Below are positions 1 to 11,355 of a stretch of 61,042 nucleotides of DNA, piece after piece. The notes under the pieces are model-generated. The model had not been told where the DNA came from and did not search any database. It saw only the letters and a list, made by a program, of their open reading frames with translations. Where the stretch lies: NCBI GenBank assembly GCA_018302335.1, contig JAGVZT010000047.1, positions 1-61,042 on the forward strand. Direction: 5' to 3'. Both the position numbers and the translations under genes were made by a program. This DNA is from Candidatus Woesearchaeota archaeon. Its GTDB lineage: Archaea > Nanobdellota > Nanobdellia > Woesearchaeales > JAGVZT01. Numbering within the stretch: position 1 is the first letter of the stretch; each line of letters begins with the position of its first letter.

Positions 1-45
1 GCGCCGCCGGGAAGATATATAAGGGGCAGAAGCGGAAGACGCGGC

Positions 46-1665
46 ATGGCCAGCATCCGCGCGGCGCTCTGCCAGACGAACCCGGTCACGGGCGACCTGG
101 CCGGGAATGTCCGGGGCATCGTCGCGGCGATGCGCAGCGCGTCCGGCGCTGACCTCGCGGTCTTCCCTGAACTTTCGCTCACGGGGTATCTCTGCAGGGA
201 CCTCTTCCTCGAGCGGAGCTTCCAGAGGAAAGCCGCCTCAGCGCTCCGCAGACTTGCCGAGAAGAGCAGGTGCCATCCCCGCACGCATTTCATCGTCGGG
301 ACCATCATGCCCTGCCGCGCGCCCGAAGGCCGCTTCCTCTCCGGGGGGTGGGGAGACGATGCGGTGAAGCGGCTCCAGAACGTCGCAGCCGTGCTGCATC
401 AGGGCCGCATCGTGGACACGGTGGCGAAGACCCATCTCGCGACCTACGACATCTTTGATGAGGATAGGTATTTCCTTTCAGGAGAGCCGAAGGCGCTCTC
501 CCTTCCATTCCCTCATGGTGTCCGGAGAGCGGGTATCTCGGTGTGCGAGGACATCTGGTGGAGCGATGTCCCTGAGGCCCAGGTGGCGCAGGGCGCCGAG
601 CTGCTGGTGAATCTCTCCGCATCGCCTTTCCATGCGGGAAAGGATGTCCTGCGGCAGCGGCTCCTGTGCCAGAGGGCGCGCCAGCACCGTGTCCCGGTGC
701 TCTACGCGAACGCCGCGGGAGCGGAGGACGAGGTCATCTTCGACGGAAGAAGCTATGCGGTGAGCGCCTCCGGGAAGGTGCTCGCCCAGGCCCGCGCCTT
801 TGCGGAGGATGTGCTGCTGGTCGATGTCCCCCTCGGCCCATCCGCGAGAGGCAGTCTTCCGCGGCGCGCACCGCGCATCGCGGACATCCGTGCAGCGCTG
901 GTGCTCGGCATCCGGGACTACTGCAGGAAGAACGGCTTCTCACGCGCGGTGCTCGGCCTCTCCGGAGGAGCTGATAGCGCCGTGACCGCGGCCCTCGCCG
1001 CCGAGGCCCTCGGTGCCGCGCAGGTAGAGGCGCTGTTCATGCCGTCGGAGCACACCTCCGCGTTGAGCGAGCGCTGCGCGCGGGAGACTGCGCGAAGACT
1101 GGGCATCGCTCTTCACGTCGTTGATATCCGACGGCTCTGCGACGCCGCGCAAGACGCGCTTCCCGCCAGGGGCATCGCAGCGGAAAACCTCCAGGCGCGC
1201 GTCCGCGGCACGTTGCTCATGACGCGGAGCAACGCGACAGGGGCGCTGGCCCTCGCCTGCGGGAACAAGAGCGAGCTCGCGACGGGATACTGCACCCTGT
1301 ACGGGGACCTTGCAGGCGGACTTGCGCCGCTGGGCGACCTCTACAAGAGCGGCGTCTACGCCCTTGCGCGTCATCTCAACATTCCCAAGGTGGTTATACC
1401 GCGCGAGGTCCTGACGCGGCCGCCCACCGCGGAGCTCCGGCAGGGGCAGACCGACCGGGACACGCTGCCGCCGTATCCTCGACTGGACGCGGTGCTTCGC
1501 GCTTTCGTGGAAGGGCGCGAGACACCCTACCCTCACCGGCCGGAAAACAGACAGGTCATCAAGATGCTCCGCAGGAGCGAGTTCAAGCGGAGGCAGATGC
1601 CTCCCGCGCTGCGCGTCAGCGTGAGGTCGCTCGCTGCGAGGAGGTATCCGTTGCGGGCCCTATAG
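46..1665 (+). CDS. nadE: Glutamine-dependent NAD+ synthetase
   Basis: N-terminal nitrilase domain (FPELSLTGY, K..YDIFDEDRYF, SVCEDIW); C-terminal synthetase motifs LGLSGGADS, ENLQARVRG, GNKSELATGYCTLYGD. TATA (ATATATAA) at ~15-22. Confidence 0.95.
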   Translation: MASIRAALCQTNPVTGDLAGNVRGIVAAMRSASGADLAVFPELSLTGYLCRDLFLERSFQRKAASALRRLAEKSRCHPRTHFIVGTIMPCRAPEGRFLSGGWGDDAVKRLQNVAAVLHQGRIVDTVAKTHLATYDIFDEDRYFLSGEPKALSLPFPHGVRRAGISVCEDIWWSDVPEAQVAQGAELLVNLSASPFHAGKDVLRQRLLCQRARQHRVPVLYANAAGAEDEVIFDGRSYAVSASGKVLAQARAFAEDVLLVDVPLGPSARGSLPRRAPRIADIRAALVLGIRDYCRKNGFSRAVLGLSGGADSAVTAALAAEALGAAQVEALFMPSEHTSALSERCARETARRLGIALHVVDIRRLCDAAQDALPARGIAAENLQARVRGTLLMTRSNATGALALACGNKSELATGYCTLYGDLAGGLAPLGDLYKSGVYALARHLNIPKVVIPREVLTRPPTAELRQGQTDRDTLPPYPRLDAVLRAFVEGRETPYPHRPENRQVIKMLRRSEFKRRQMPPALRVSVRSLAARRYPLRAL

Positions 1666-1673
1666 AAACTCAC

Positions 1674-1731
1674 CGGCCGCAGTCCTCAGCGTATCCGGCA
1701 TGCCGGCGGAACACGTCCGGCATTCCGACCG
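1674..1731 (+). repeat. CGGCCG-bounded intergenic repeat, 58-bp copy (10-bp internal deletion)
   Basis: CGGCCGCAGTCCTCAGCGTATCCGGCATGCCGGCGGAACACGTCCGGCATTCCGACCG, 8 nt after the nadE stop. Confidence 0.8.
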
Positions 1732-1755
1732 AGAGACTAGAGTTTCACAGCTGCG

Positions 1756-2535
1756 CTAGAGGTCCCCATACAGGCGGCGCCCGTCCGGGAGCCTGCCCTG
1801 CTTCGCGTGGGCCAGAGTGTCGCGCAGCTCAGGCTCGTCCATGTCCAGCGAGCCTGCGTGCAGGTCTTCCATGAGCCGCCAATCGATATAGCTCTGCTCT
1901 CCCGGGAGCATGAGGGAGTATGAGCGGAGCAGCGCCACGGGCTTCTCTGCCATGAGGTTGCTCGCGTTGCGGAGGTGGAGGCTACGCTCGACGACGCGGG
2001 AAAGGGCTCCCATCTCGGTGAACGCATTGCGCACATACGCCGCGGTGGACTCCATCTCCTCCTTGCCTGGATGGAGGATTCCTGACATCAGCTCTGCCCC
2101 CAGACCCCAGATTCCCATGGCGAGCCCGATGGGGGCCAGCGGAGGCACCACGATGAGACCCGCTCCGCCGACTGCGGCACCGAACCCGCCGGCAAACATG
2201 TAGTTGCTGGCGCGCGCCCGGAACTGGATGTCGAAGGACCAGACAAGTTCCTCCGAAGAGTAGCTAGGGTAGGTCCCCATGGCCCCCAAGGTCTCCGAGA
2301 ACTCCTCCATCTCTGCCATGTACTGCTTGGCGTTCTTGTACCAACGGAGCAGCCTGAGGAAGGTCTTGCCCGTGGGCATCAGGGCATCGTACTGCTCGGC
2401 AAGCTCCACGGCCCGTCCGGCGGTGGACGCCCTGCCGTGGAAAGTGTCCCGGAGGAGCGTATGCCTCTCCAAGACTGGTTCGAGGGCAGCGCGCTCGCGG
2501 ACGATGCGCGCCTCGAGATTGTGCGTGTCCCCCAT
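1756..2535 (-). CDS. Hypothetical membrane protein
   Basis: MGDTHNLEAR... with a central Gly/Ala-rich hydrophobic hairpin. Start trimmed to the ATG downstream of the TATA-like run at ~2557-2565; the longer track ORF runs through the repeat. Confidence 0.75.
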   Translation of the reverse strand: MGDTHNLEARIVRERAALEPVLERHTLLRDTFHGRASTAGRAVELAEQYDALMPTGKTFLRLLRWYKNAKQYMAEMEEFSETLGAMGTYPSYSSEELVWSFDIQFRARASNYMFAGGFGAAVGGAGLIVVPPLAPIGLAMGIWGLGAELMSGILHPGKEEMESTAAYVRNAFTEMGALSRVVERSLHLRNASNLMAEKPVALLRSYSLMLPGEQSYIDWRLMEDLHAGSLDMDEPELRDTLAHAKQGRLPDGRRLYGDL

Positions 2536-2601
2536 GGTCCCGGGGGGTGGGCGGGCCAATAAAAAGCTTCGCTCGGAGCCACGGAAGCTGAGAGGGCGAA
2601 T

Positions 2602-2669
2602 CGGCCGCCCTGCGGAGAATGCCCGCCCTTCCGGTGGGGCAGCCCGGAACTCATGCGGCATTGCGGCCG
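2602..2669 (+). repeat. 68-bp CGGCCG-bounded intergenic repeat
   Basis: CGGCCGCCCTGCGGAGAATGCCCGCCCTTCCGGTGGGGCAGCCCGGAACTCATGCGGCATTGCGGCCG. Confidence 0.9.
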
Positions 2670-2675
2670 GGTCGT

Positions 2676-3275
2676 TCAGAGCACGACCATCAGCGCAAGG
2701 CTCCCGAGGAAGAGCGCTGCGAACGCGCGCTTGTCCCAGAGGAGCACCTTGAGTCCGTCGAAGCTCCCGAAGGGCAGCATGTTGAAGAACGCCAGGAAGA
2801 TGTTGACCGAGGCGCCGTAGGCCAGGAGGGATGCGGCCGGTAAGAAAACGGCGAGAGCGGAGAAGAGCAGCGCCAGCGCGATGTTCACCAGCGGACCTGC
2901 GGCGGCGATGCGCCCGCTCTTCTGGTACGTCACCGCGCCAGAGATGAACACCGCTCCTGGAGCGGCGAACAGGAATCCCAGGAAGGAGGAGAACACCGCG
3001 ATGAGCAGCATGGTGTCGAAGCTCTTGAAGCGCGCGACACAGCCGTAGCGCTGCGCGACGAACTTGTGGCCGAGTTCGTGCAGCACGAAGCCGATGCCGA
3101 CCGTCACCGCAGCGGTGCCCATCGCGCGGAGCAGCTCACCGGGAGACGCGGTGAAGAGGCGCGTTCCCCCAAGGAGCAGCACCGCGAACGCGAAGCTTAT
3201 CGCAGCCCATGCCTTGGCGATGTCCCGCAATTCTTCCCGGGTGAAGGTCTGGAAGTCCACGCGGCAGCGAGGCAT
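2676..3275 (-). CDS. Site-2 protease family (M50) membrane metalloprotease
   Basis: LHELGHKFVAQRYG (HExxH), AAGPLVN and FNMLPFGSFDG motifs; multiple TM helices. Start uncertain (ATG 3275 or GTG 3260). Confidence 0.92.
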   Translation of the reverse strand: MPRCRVDFQTFTREELRDIAKAWAAISFAFAVLLLGGTRLFTASPGELLRAMGTAAVTVGIGFVLHELGHKFVAQRYGCVARFKSFDTMLLIAVFSSFLGFLFAAPGAVFISGAVTYQKSGRIAAAGPLVNIALALLFSALAVFLPAASLLAYGASVNIFLAFFNMLPFGSFDGLKVLLWDKRAFAALFLGSLALMVVL

Positions 3276-3374
3276 CGCCGCCTTCAAAAGGGTTCCGGTC
3301 GAAGGAGAACGCTGGAATAATTATCCATTCTGCAGTGATAAAATTTATATAATATTTTACCTAACCTCAGGTAT

Positions 3375-3578
3375 ATGGCACATCCGTATGAAGGCCGGGA
3401 CGCGTACGCTCCACGCGATGCGGAGCCATCCTATCGTCCCCTTTTTGCCGTGCGGAAGCCGACCATCGTGCTCGGCAAGCCAACCCTCGACCAGAAAGTC
3501 CGTGAGGCGCTCGAATCTCTCGGCCTCGCCCCCCGCGAACGGGTTCCGGTGCGCGTTCCTGCACGTCCCAAGCGCTGA
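3375..3578 (+). CDS. Small hypothetical protein (67 aa)
   Basis: ATG ~25 nt after a strong TATA (TTTATATAAT ~3344-3353); fills the gap up to the convergent EamA stop. Confidence 0.6.
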   Translation: MAHPYEGRDAYAPRDAEPSYRPLFAVRKPTIVLGKPTLDQKVREALESLGLAPRERVPVRVPARPKR

Positions 3579-3579
3579 G

Positions 3580-4473
3580 CTACGCTCCCAAGGCTATCAC
3601 TGCGCCTCCGCCGACAATGAGCGCCGTCGCCAGCCCCTTCTGGAGCAGTTGTCCCGTGGTGTGCGACTCGTTCAGCACCGTCGGCGCCACGACCGACACT
3701 CCCGTGGCGATGAGGAGGATGTACAGCGGTTCTATCGCTCCCAGGGCGGCGACATAGCTGACCTGCGTCAGGCTCGCCGCGACGAGATGGGTCATGATGG
3801 CGAGGAGCGAGATGCTCTCATTCCCCATGACCAGGAGGATGGTGCGGTTCCTGATGATGTCCGAGAATACCTGGCGGGTGCCTTTGCCCAGCAGGAGCAG
3901 GGAGAGCACCAGCCCGTAGGTGATGAACTGCACCGAGAAGACATTCCAGTAGCTCAGGGAGCGCAGAGCCCATTTCTCCACGACGGCCTGCGCGCCGAAG
4001 AGCACGGCGGCGAGGACCACGAGCCACGCGGCTGGAGAGAACGAGAGCTTTCCGAGGTCCTTCACCGATATCAGGAAGGCTCCGGCGATCATGGCGAGCG
4101 TCGCCAGGTAAAAATGCCCGGAGAAGGAGGCGCCGAGCAAGAGCGTCTCCAGCACCGCGGCGACCACCGCGAGCAGGTAGAGCAGCGGAATCACGCGGGA
4201 GACCTCCTCCTTCTGGAGCGCGGCCAGGTAGACCACCACCGCAGCGGCGAAGAGCAGGCCGCCGCCGACCGCAGGCAGCAGCGCGCGCGGCTCCATCGTC
4301 TCCAGGGGATAGGCCAGCAGGAGGATAATCGCGTAGAGCCCGAGAGCGGCGCCGCTCGCGACCGCGAATGCGAACGGGCTCCTGATGCGCTTGTCAATCA
4401 GGAACTTGTCGACCGTCGCGACGAGCGCGAAGAAGAACGGGGAGAGCAGGGCGAAGACAATCCAACTGGCCAC
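3580..4473 (-). CDS. EamA/DMT family transporter
   Basis: About 10 TM helices in two repeats; ALQKEEVSRVIPL and VSYVAALGAIEPLY signatures. Confidence 0.9.
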   Translation of the reverse strand: MASWIVFALLSPFFFALVATVDKFLIDKRIRSPFAFAVASGAALGLYAIILLLAYPLETMEPRALLPAVGGGLLFAAAVVVYLAALQKEEVSRVIPLLYLLAVVAAVLETLLLGASFSGHFYLATLAMIAGAFLISVKDLGKLSFSPAAWLVVLAAVLFGAQAVVEKWALRSLSYWNVFSVQFITYGLVLSLLLLGKGTRQVFSDIIRNRTILLVMGNESISLLAIMTHLVAASLTQVSYVAALGAIEPLYILLIATGVSVVAPTVLNESHTTGQLLQKGLATALIVGGGAVIALGA

Positions 4474-4524
4474 GATGCGGTGGGGGACCGCAGGCTTAAA
4501 AATATGCGCGTGGCAGACGTCCCC

Positions 4525-4588
4525 CGGCCGGAATGCCGCGCGAGGTCTGCGCTGTCTCGCAGGGCGGACATTCTCCGCAACGCGGCCG
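4525..4588 (-). repeat. CGGCCG-bounded intergenic repeat, 64-bp copy
   Basis: Reverse complement CGGCCGCGTTGCGGAGAATGTCCGCCCTGCGAGACAGCGCAGACCTCGCGCGGCATTCCGGCCG; lies between divergent TATA boxes (~4496-4503 and ~4630-4637). Confidence 0.9.
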
Positions 4589-4669
4589 AAGAAACTGAGG
4601 GTCTCTCTGGAGCCTCAGCACGCGCAATCTATAAATAGTCCGTCCCCGGCTGGAGCGTGGGGTGATTCC

Positions 4670-7231
<2,562 letters not shown>

Positions 7232-7234
7232 AGC

Positions 7235-7300
7235 CGGCCGCACTGCGGAGAATATCCGTGGTTCCTGGGGCAATGCGGGTACTGCACTACACTGCGGCCG
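7235..7300 (+). repeat. CGGCCG-bounded intergenic repeat, 66-bp copy
   Basis: CGGCCGCACTGCGGAGAATATCCGTGG...ACACTGCGGCCG, 3 nt after the ppdK stop. Confidence 0.85.
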
Positions 7301-7363
7301 AAGGATGCTGGCAATGCTCCGGCCGGCAAAACTATTTAAGGCGCTTCCCGCAGGAGCGGACCG

Positions 7364-8218
7364 ATGGTCCTGTTCAACGAGACTCTGGGCAGCGGCCTGG
7401 CGGAGATTTCCAACTCCAGCGCCGCGGCCTTCGCCCTTGATTACGGCAGGCAGCTGCCATCTCTCGCGCTGCAGGGCAACTTTTTCGCGCTCGTGTTGGT
7501 GTGCATCTTCGGATGGGTGCTCATGGTCGTCCTCAACAAGCTCACCGGGGTGCTGCTGCAGCTCATCCGGCACACGTTCGTGTTCATCATCACCGGCTTC
7601 GGGGCGCTGTTCTTCTTCCTGGAGTTCCGGAGGCGTCTTGCCGGCGGCCTGACCACCGAGACGCTGGTGTTCGGCGCCCTCGGCCTGGCGGTGAGTGTCG
7701 TCGGGCTGCTCTTCGCGGTCTATGCCGTCGTCATGAAGGTAAGGGAGGCGCGTTCTCCCTGGCCCAAGCGGAGCTACGACCAGGCCAACGCCCTGCCGGT
7801 GGAGATGCCGGAGGAGCCTGAGCCGCCGAGGAACCTCGGAGAGTTCAGCGACATCTTCACCAACGTCAAGGACACGAGCCTGTTCTCGGCGCTGGCCTTC
7901 ATGGTGGTGGGGCAGTTTGGGGTGTTCAGCACCGAGACCTTCTCCGCCCCCACCGCGATGACCGGGTTCATCTTCCTTGTCGCATTCCTCATCGCCGCAA
8001 TGGTCTTCATCCGGCAGAGCTACAAGCGTTACATGCTCGGGGTGACCCATCTTATCGTGACGTTCGTGGTCGGTGTGATTCTCTCCATCTTCCTCGGCTC
8101 TGCCTGGGCGCAGTTGCCCTTGACCACCCTGCTCTCGGGTGCATACTTCACCACATCTTCCCTCGTCGCGCTCATCAGCGGGATGGCGCTTTCCATCTTC
8201 GCGGGAAGCAAGACCTGA
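7364..8218 (+). CDS. Hypothetical multi-pass membrane protein
   Basis: 284 aa with ~7 hydrophobic segments; TATA (TATTTAAG) at ~7333. Confidence 0.85.
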   Translation: MVLFNETLGSGLAEISNSSAAAFALDYGRQLPSLALQGNFFALVLVCIFGWVLMVVLNKLTGVLLQLIRHTFVFIITGFGALFFFLEFRRRLAGGLTTETLVFGALGLAVSVVGLLFAVYAVVMKVREARSPWPKRSYDQANALPVEMPEEPEPPRNLGEFSDIFTNVKDTSLFSALAFMVVGQFGVFSTETFSAPTAMTGFIFLVAFLIAAMVFIRQSYKRYMLGVTHLIVTFVVGVILSIFLGSAWAQLPLTTLLSGAYFTTSSLVALISGMALSIFAGSKT

Positions 8219-8237
8219 GGACGCATCCTGAGGGCCC

Positions 8238-8305
8238 CGGCCGCAATGCGGCAGGATATCCGCGTGGTCTCGCCGGCATACCGATGATTCTCCCCAGCGC
8301 GGCCG
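8238..8305 (-). repeat. 68-bp CGGCCG-bounded intergenic repeat
   Basis: Reverse complement CGGCCGCGCTGGGGAGAATCATCGGTATGCCGGCGAGACCACGCGGATATCCTGCCGCATTGCGGCCG. Confidence 0.88.
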
Positions 8306-8378
8306 GCCATGTGCCCGGGCATTTCTCTACGGCCGGCGCGACGAAAGCCTTATAAAAGTGGTTCCCCAGCGGAAAGGC

Positions 8379-9359
8379 ATGACTCTCCTGCTGGAGTTGC
8401 TCTTCTTCGTGCTGGCATGCGTGGTGCTGGTGAAGAGCGCCGGCATCATCGTCAATCACCTGACGCGTATCTCCTCCTTTCTCGGGCTGAACGAGTTCGC
8501 GATAGGGTTCATCATCATGGCCATCTCGACCACCCTGCCCGAACTCTTCATCGGCATCACCTCCGGGCTCCGGAAGGACACCGCCATCGCCCTCGGCACG
8601 GTCATCGGGAGCAACATCGCGGACCTCACCATCATCATCGGCGTGGTGGTCCTGGTCACGAAAAGCATCCGCATCCGGAGCCATATCATCCGGCGCGACC
8701 TCGTGTACATGCTCTTCATCCTCGTCCTGCCCATCCTGCTCATGCTCTGGCCGCCGACGTGGCTCAACGGCGCGCCAACGGAGGCCACCCTCTCCAGGGC
8801 CGAGGGGCTGCTGCTCATCCTCGTCTTCGTGTTCTACCTGTACATGACCATCCGACAGGAGCATTCCTTCCACAAGGAGATCCACCGCGCCTCCAGGCAC
8901 GAGGCCATGTCGAGCTTCCTGGTCACCGCGCTCATGGCCGGCGCCCTCTTCGGGAGCTCCCACTTCGTGGTGAAGCACGGCCTGGTCATCTCGGCCGCGC
9001 TCAATGTGCCTCCGATTCTCGTCGGCATCTTCCTCATCGCCCTGGGCACCTCGCTTCCCGAGCTGAGCTTCCAGCTCAAGGCGGTGAAAGGGAAGCACGA
9101 GGAGATGGCGCTCGGTGACCTCATCGGGGCGGTCATCGTCAATTCGACCCTCGTGCTGGGCATCACCGCGCTCATCTCCCCCATCCATGCCAACTTCTTC
9201 ATCTTCTTCACCAGCGCGATGTTCATGGTGGTCATCGCCTTCATCTTCCTCACCTTCGCGGAGTCCGACGGTGGCCTGAACTGGAAGGAGGGCATCTCCC
9301 TCGTGATGCTCTACGTCTTCTTCGTCATCGTGGAGAGCTACATCAAGACCCTGCAGTGA
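8379..9359 (+). CDS. Calcium/sodium antiporter (CaCA, YrbG-like)
   Basis: Two alpha-repeats: AISTTLPELF..GTVIGSNIAD and ALGTSLPELS..GDLIGAVIVN. Confidence 0.93.
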   Translation: MTLLLELLFFVLACVVLVKSAGIIVNHLTRISSFLGLNEFAIGFIIMAISTTLPELFIGITSGLRKDTAIALGTVIGSNIADLTIIIGVVVLVTKSIRIRSHIIRRDLVYMLFILVLPILLMLWPPTWLNGAPTEATLSRAEGLLLILVFVFYLYMTIRQEHSFHKEIHRASRHEAMSSFLVTALMAGALFGSSHFVVKHGLVISAALNVPPILVGIFLIALGTSLPELSFQLKAVKGKHEEMALGDLIGAVIVNSTLVLGITALISPIHANFFIFFTSAMFMVVIAFIFLTFAESDGGLNWKEGISLVMLYVFFVIVESYIKTLQ

Positions 9360-9367
9360 TTTTTTTG
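9360..9367 (+). terminator. Oligo-T archaeal intrinsic terminator
   Basis: T8 run directly after the antiporter stop codon. Confidence 0.55.
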
Positions 9368-9438
9368 TCCCACCGTGAGGGGAAATCCTTTTAGCGTCGG
9401 AAAGCCCTATCGCTTATATAAGAATCAGGGTGTCACAC

Positions 9439-9963
9439 ATGGTCTGCAGGTCGCACCTCCCGGTGTTCATGGGTCTCGCGCTCGCCGGCCAGGGGTACCG
9501 CCAGGCATACCCGGCCGCCATGGGGAGCGCGTATCGCTCTGCTCCGCTGTATGGCACCGCCGGAGCGGAGCTGGAGCGACTTGCCGCTGTCCGCGCGGAG
9601 CGCACCTCTGTGGTGGGAAGCGTGGACCGGCTGCTCTACAATCCCGTCAGCGCCGCCAGCGAGCCGCGCTACACCACGTCCTATCGGGCGGCGCGGCCTT
9701 ACGCGTCGCGGAGCCTCGAGGCTGCGGTGTCCTCCGTGCGCGTCGGCGAACAGATGGTCATCGGGCCGAAGCAGGAATCTCTCGAGGTCATCTCCCTCGA
9801 TGCGCCAGGACGGATGCCTGAGCTTCCGGTGGACCCAGAGCGACCGATCGCAGCAATCCAAAAAAATCCGGAGCCTGAGTTCCGCCGGAAGCAGGAGGAC
9901 CTGGCGCGGCGCATCCTGGAGGAGCTGCAGCGCACCTCCGCAGAAGAGATGGAGGTGATGTGA
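9439..9963 (+). CDS. Hypothetical protein, coupled to the AAA ATPase
   Basis: ATG after TATA (CTTATATAA ~9413); its end carries GGAGGTGA, an SD for the next gene. Confidence 0.7.
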   Translation: MVCRSHLPVFMGLALAGQGYRQAYPAAMGSAYRSAPLYGTAGAELERLAAVRAERTSVVGSVDRLLYNPVSAASEPRYTTSYRAARPYASRSLEAAVSSVRVGEQMVIGPKQESLEVISLDAPGRMPELPVDPERPIAAIQKNPEPEFRRKQEDLARRILEELQRTSAEEMEVM

Positions 9964-9964
9964 G

Positions 9965-11029
9965 ATGTGCACGAGCGATGACGCAGAACGCAAGGTGAAG
10001 GCTGCGAGAGGCGACCCGGCCCAGGCCCGGAAAGAGCTTCTCGAGGCGGCCGAGATATATCTCACCCTGTCCATGAACGCCGACGGCAGGGAACGCGAGC
10101 ACCTCGCGAAGGCCGAGGAGCTCTTCAGCGAGGCTCGAAAGATTCCCGTGCCCGAGCACGTGCACGCCCCTGCCGCGAGACGCGGGCTGACCTTCAAGGA
10201 CATCGGGGGGCTGTCGGCGTTGAAGGAGGAGATACGCTTCAAGATCATCGAGCCCCTGCTCCACCCGGAGGTGTACGCGCATTACGGCAAGAAGGCAGGG
10301 GGCGGCATCCTGCTCTACGGCCCGCCCGGCTGCGGGAAGAGCCTCATCGCGGAAGCCACTGCCGGAGAGGCGAAGGCCGCGTTCTTCCACGTCAAGCCGA
10401 GCAACATCAAGAGCAAGTACGTGGGCGAGGCGGAGCGGAACATCGCGGAGCTCTTCCGCGCCGCTCGGGAGCAGCAGCCGAGCATCATCTTCTTCGACGA
10501 GTTCGAGACCCTTGGCGCCGAGCGCGGAGAGACCGCGGCGAACGAGCGCGGAGCCATCGCCCAGCTGCTGGCGGAGACCGACGGCATGGGCGCAAAGGGC
10601 CAGCAGGTCCTGCTGCTCGCGGCGACGAACGAACCGTGGAGCGTGGACCTGGCGCTGCAGCGCGAGGGGCGGTTCGGCGCGACGGTCTTCGTCCCCGCGC
10701 CGGACTCCGAGGCGCGGAAGGAGATATTCAAGATTCACCTGGCCGGGAAGCCCCTCTCCCGGGACATCCGCGGCGAGGAGCTGCTGGCCATGACCGAGGG
10801 TTTCTCAGGTGCAGACATCAAGGCGGTGTGCGAGAAGGCTGCGGACATCCCGTTGCGGGAGTACTTCCGCACCGGGGAGATGCGGCCCCTCCACATGGCG
10901 GATTTCCTTTCCGCGTTGAAGGGCCACCGCTCCGTCGTGGGACAGTGGCTGGCCAAGGCGAGGCGCGAGATGGGGAGCAGGAATGCGCTGGAGCAGTATC
11001 CCGAGCTTACTTGCGGAGCCGCGCCGTGA
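9965..11029 (+). CDS. AAA+ ATPase (Vps4/katanin/CDC48-like single domain)
   Basis: TFKDIGGL, Walker A GPPGCGKS, Walker B IIFFDEFE, SRH AATNEPWSVD..REGRF; short helical N-terminus. Confidence 0.93.
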   Translation: MCTSDDAERKVKAARGDPAQARKELLEAAEIYLTLSMNADGREREHLAKAEELFSEARKIPVPEHVHAPAARRGLTFKDIGGLSALKEEIRFKIIEPLLHPEVYAHYGKKAGGGILLYGPPGCGKSLIAEATAGEAKAAFFHVKPSNIKSKYVGEAERNIAELFRAAREQQPSIIFFDEFETLGAERGETAANERGAIAQLLAETDGMGAKGQQVLLLAATNEPWSVDLALQREGRFGATVFVPAPDSEARKEIFKIHLAGKPLSRDIRGEELLAMTEGFSGADIKAVCEKAADIPLREYFRTGEMRPLHMADFLSALKGHRSVVGQWLAKARREMGSRNALEQYPELTCGAAP

Positions 11030-11333
11030 AGGCGTGGTACGCCCGCACGTACCCAAGGTACAGCAGCCCGAAGAGCCCGCTGAAGAACGCCCACCGTTCG
11101 ACTCCGGAGAGGTCCACCTTGCCGAACCAGAGCGCGCTGGTCCCGGGCCCGCCGATGGTGAGGGATTCCCAGCCTTCCTGGCCGCAGAGCGCCCAACGGC
11201 CCGCGTGCGCGCCCTCGGGCGCCTGTGCGTACTTGCACGGCGAGAGGGGCAACAGCAGGATGACCGTGAACAGGGCCAGCGCGGCGACCGCGCCCGTGCG
11301 CAGGATGGGGTCCTCGATGAAGGATTCGCGCAT
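11007..11333 (-). CDS. Small hypothetical membrane protein
   Basis: MRESFIEDPILR... with two TM segments; SD AGGAG before the ATG. Confidence 0.6.
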   Translation of the reverse strand: MRESFIEDPILRTGAVAALALFTVILLLPLSPCKYAQAPEGAHAGRWALCGQEGWESLTIGGPGTSALWFGKVDLSGVERWAFFSGLFGLLYLGYVRAYHAFTARLRK

Positions 11334-11355
11334 ACTCCTGCTTCGGGAAGCGGTG

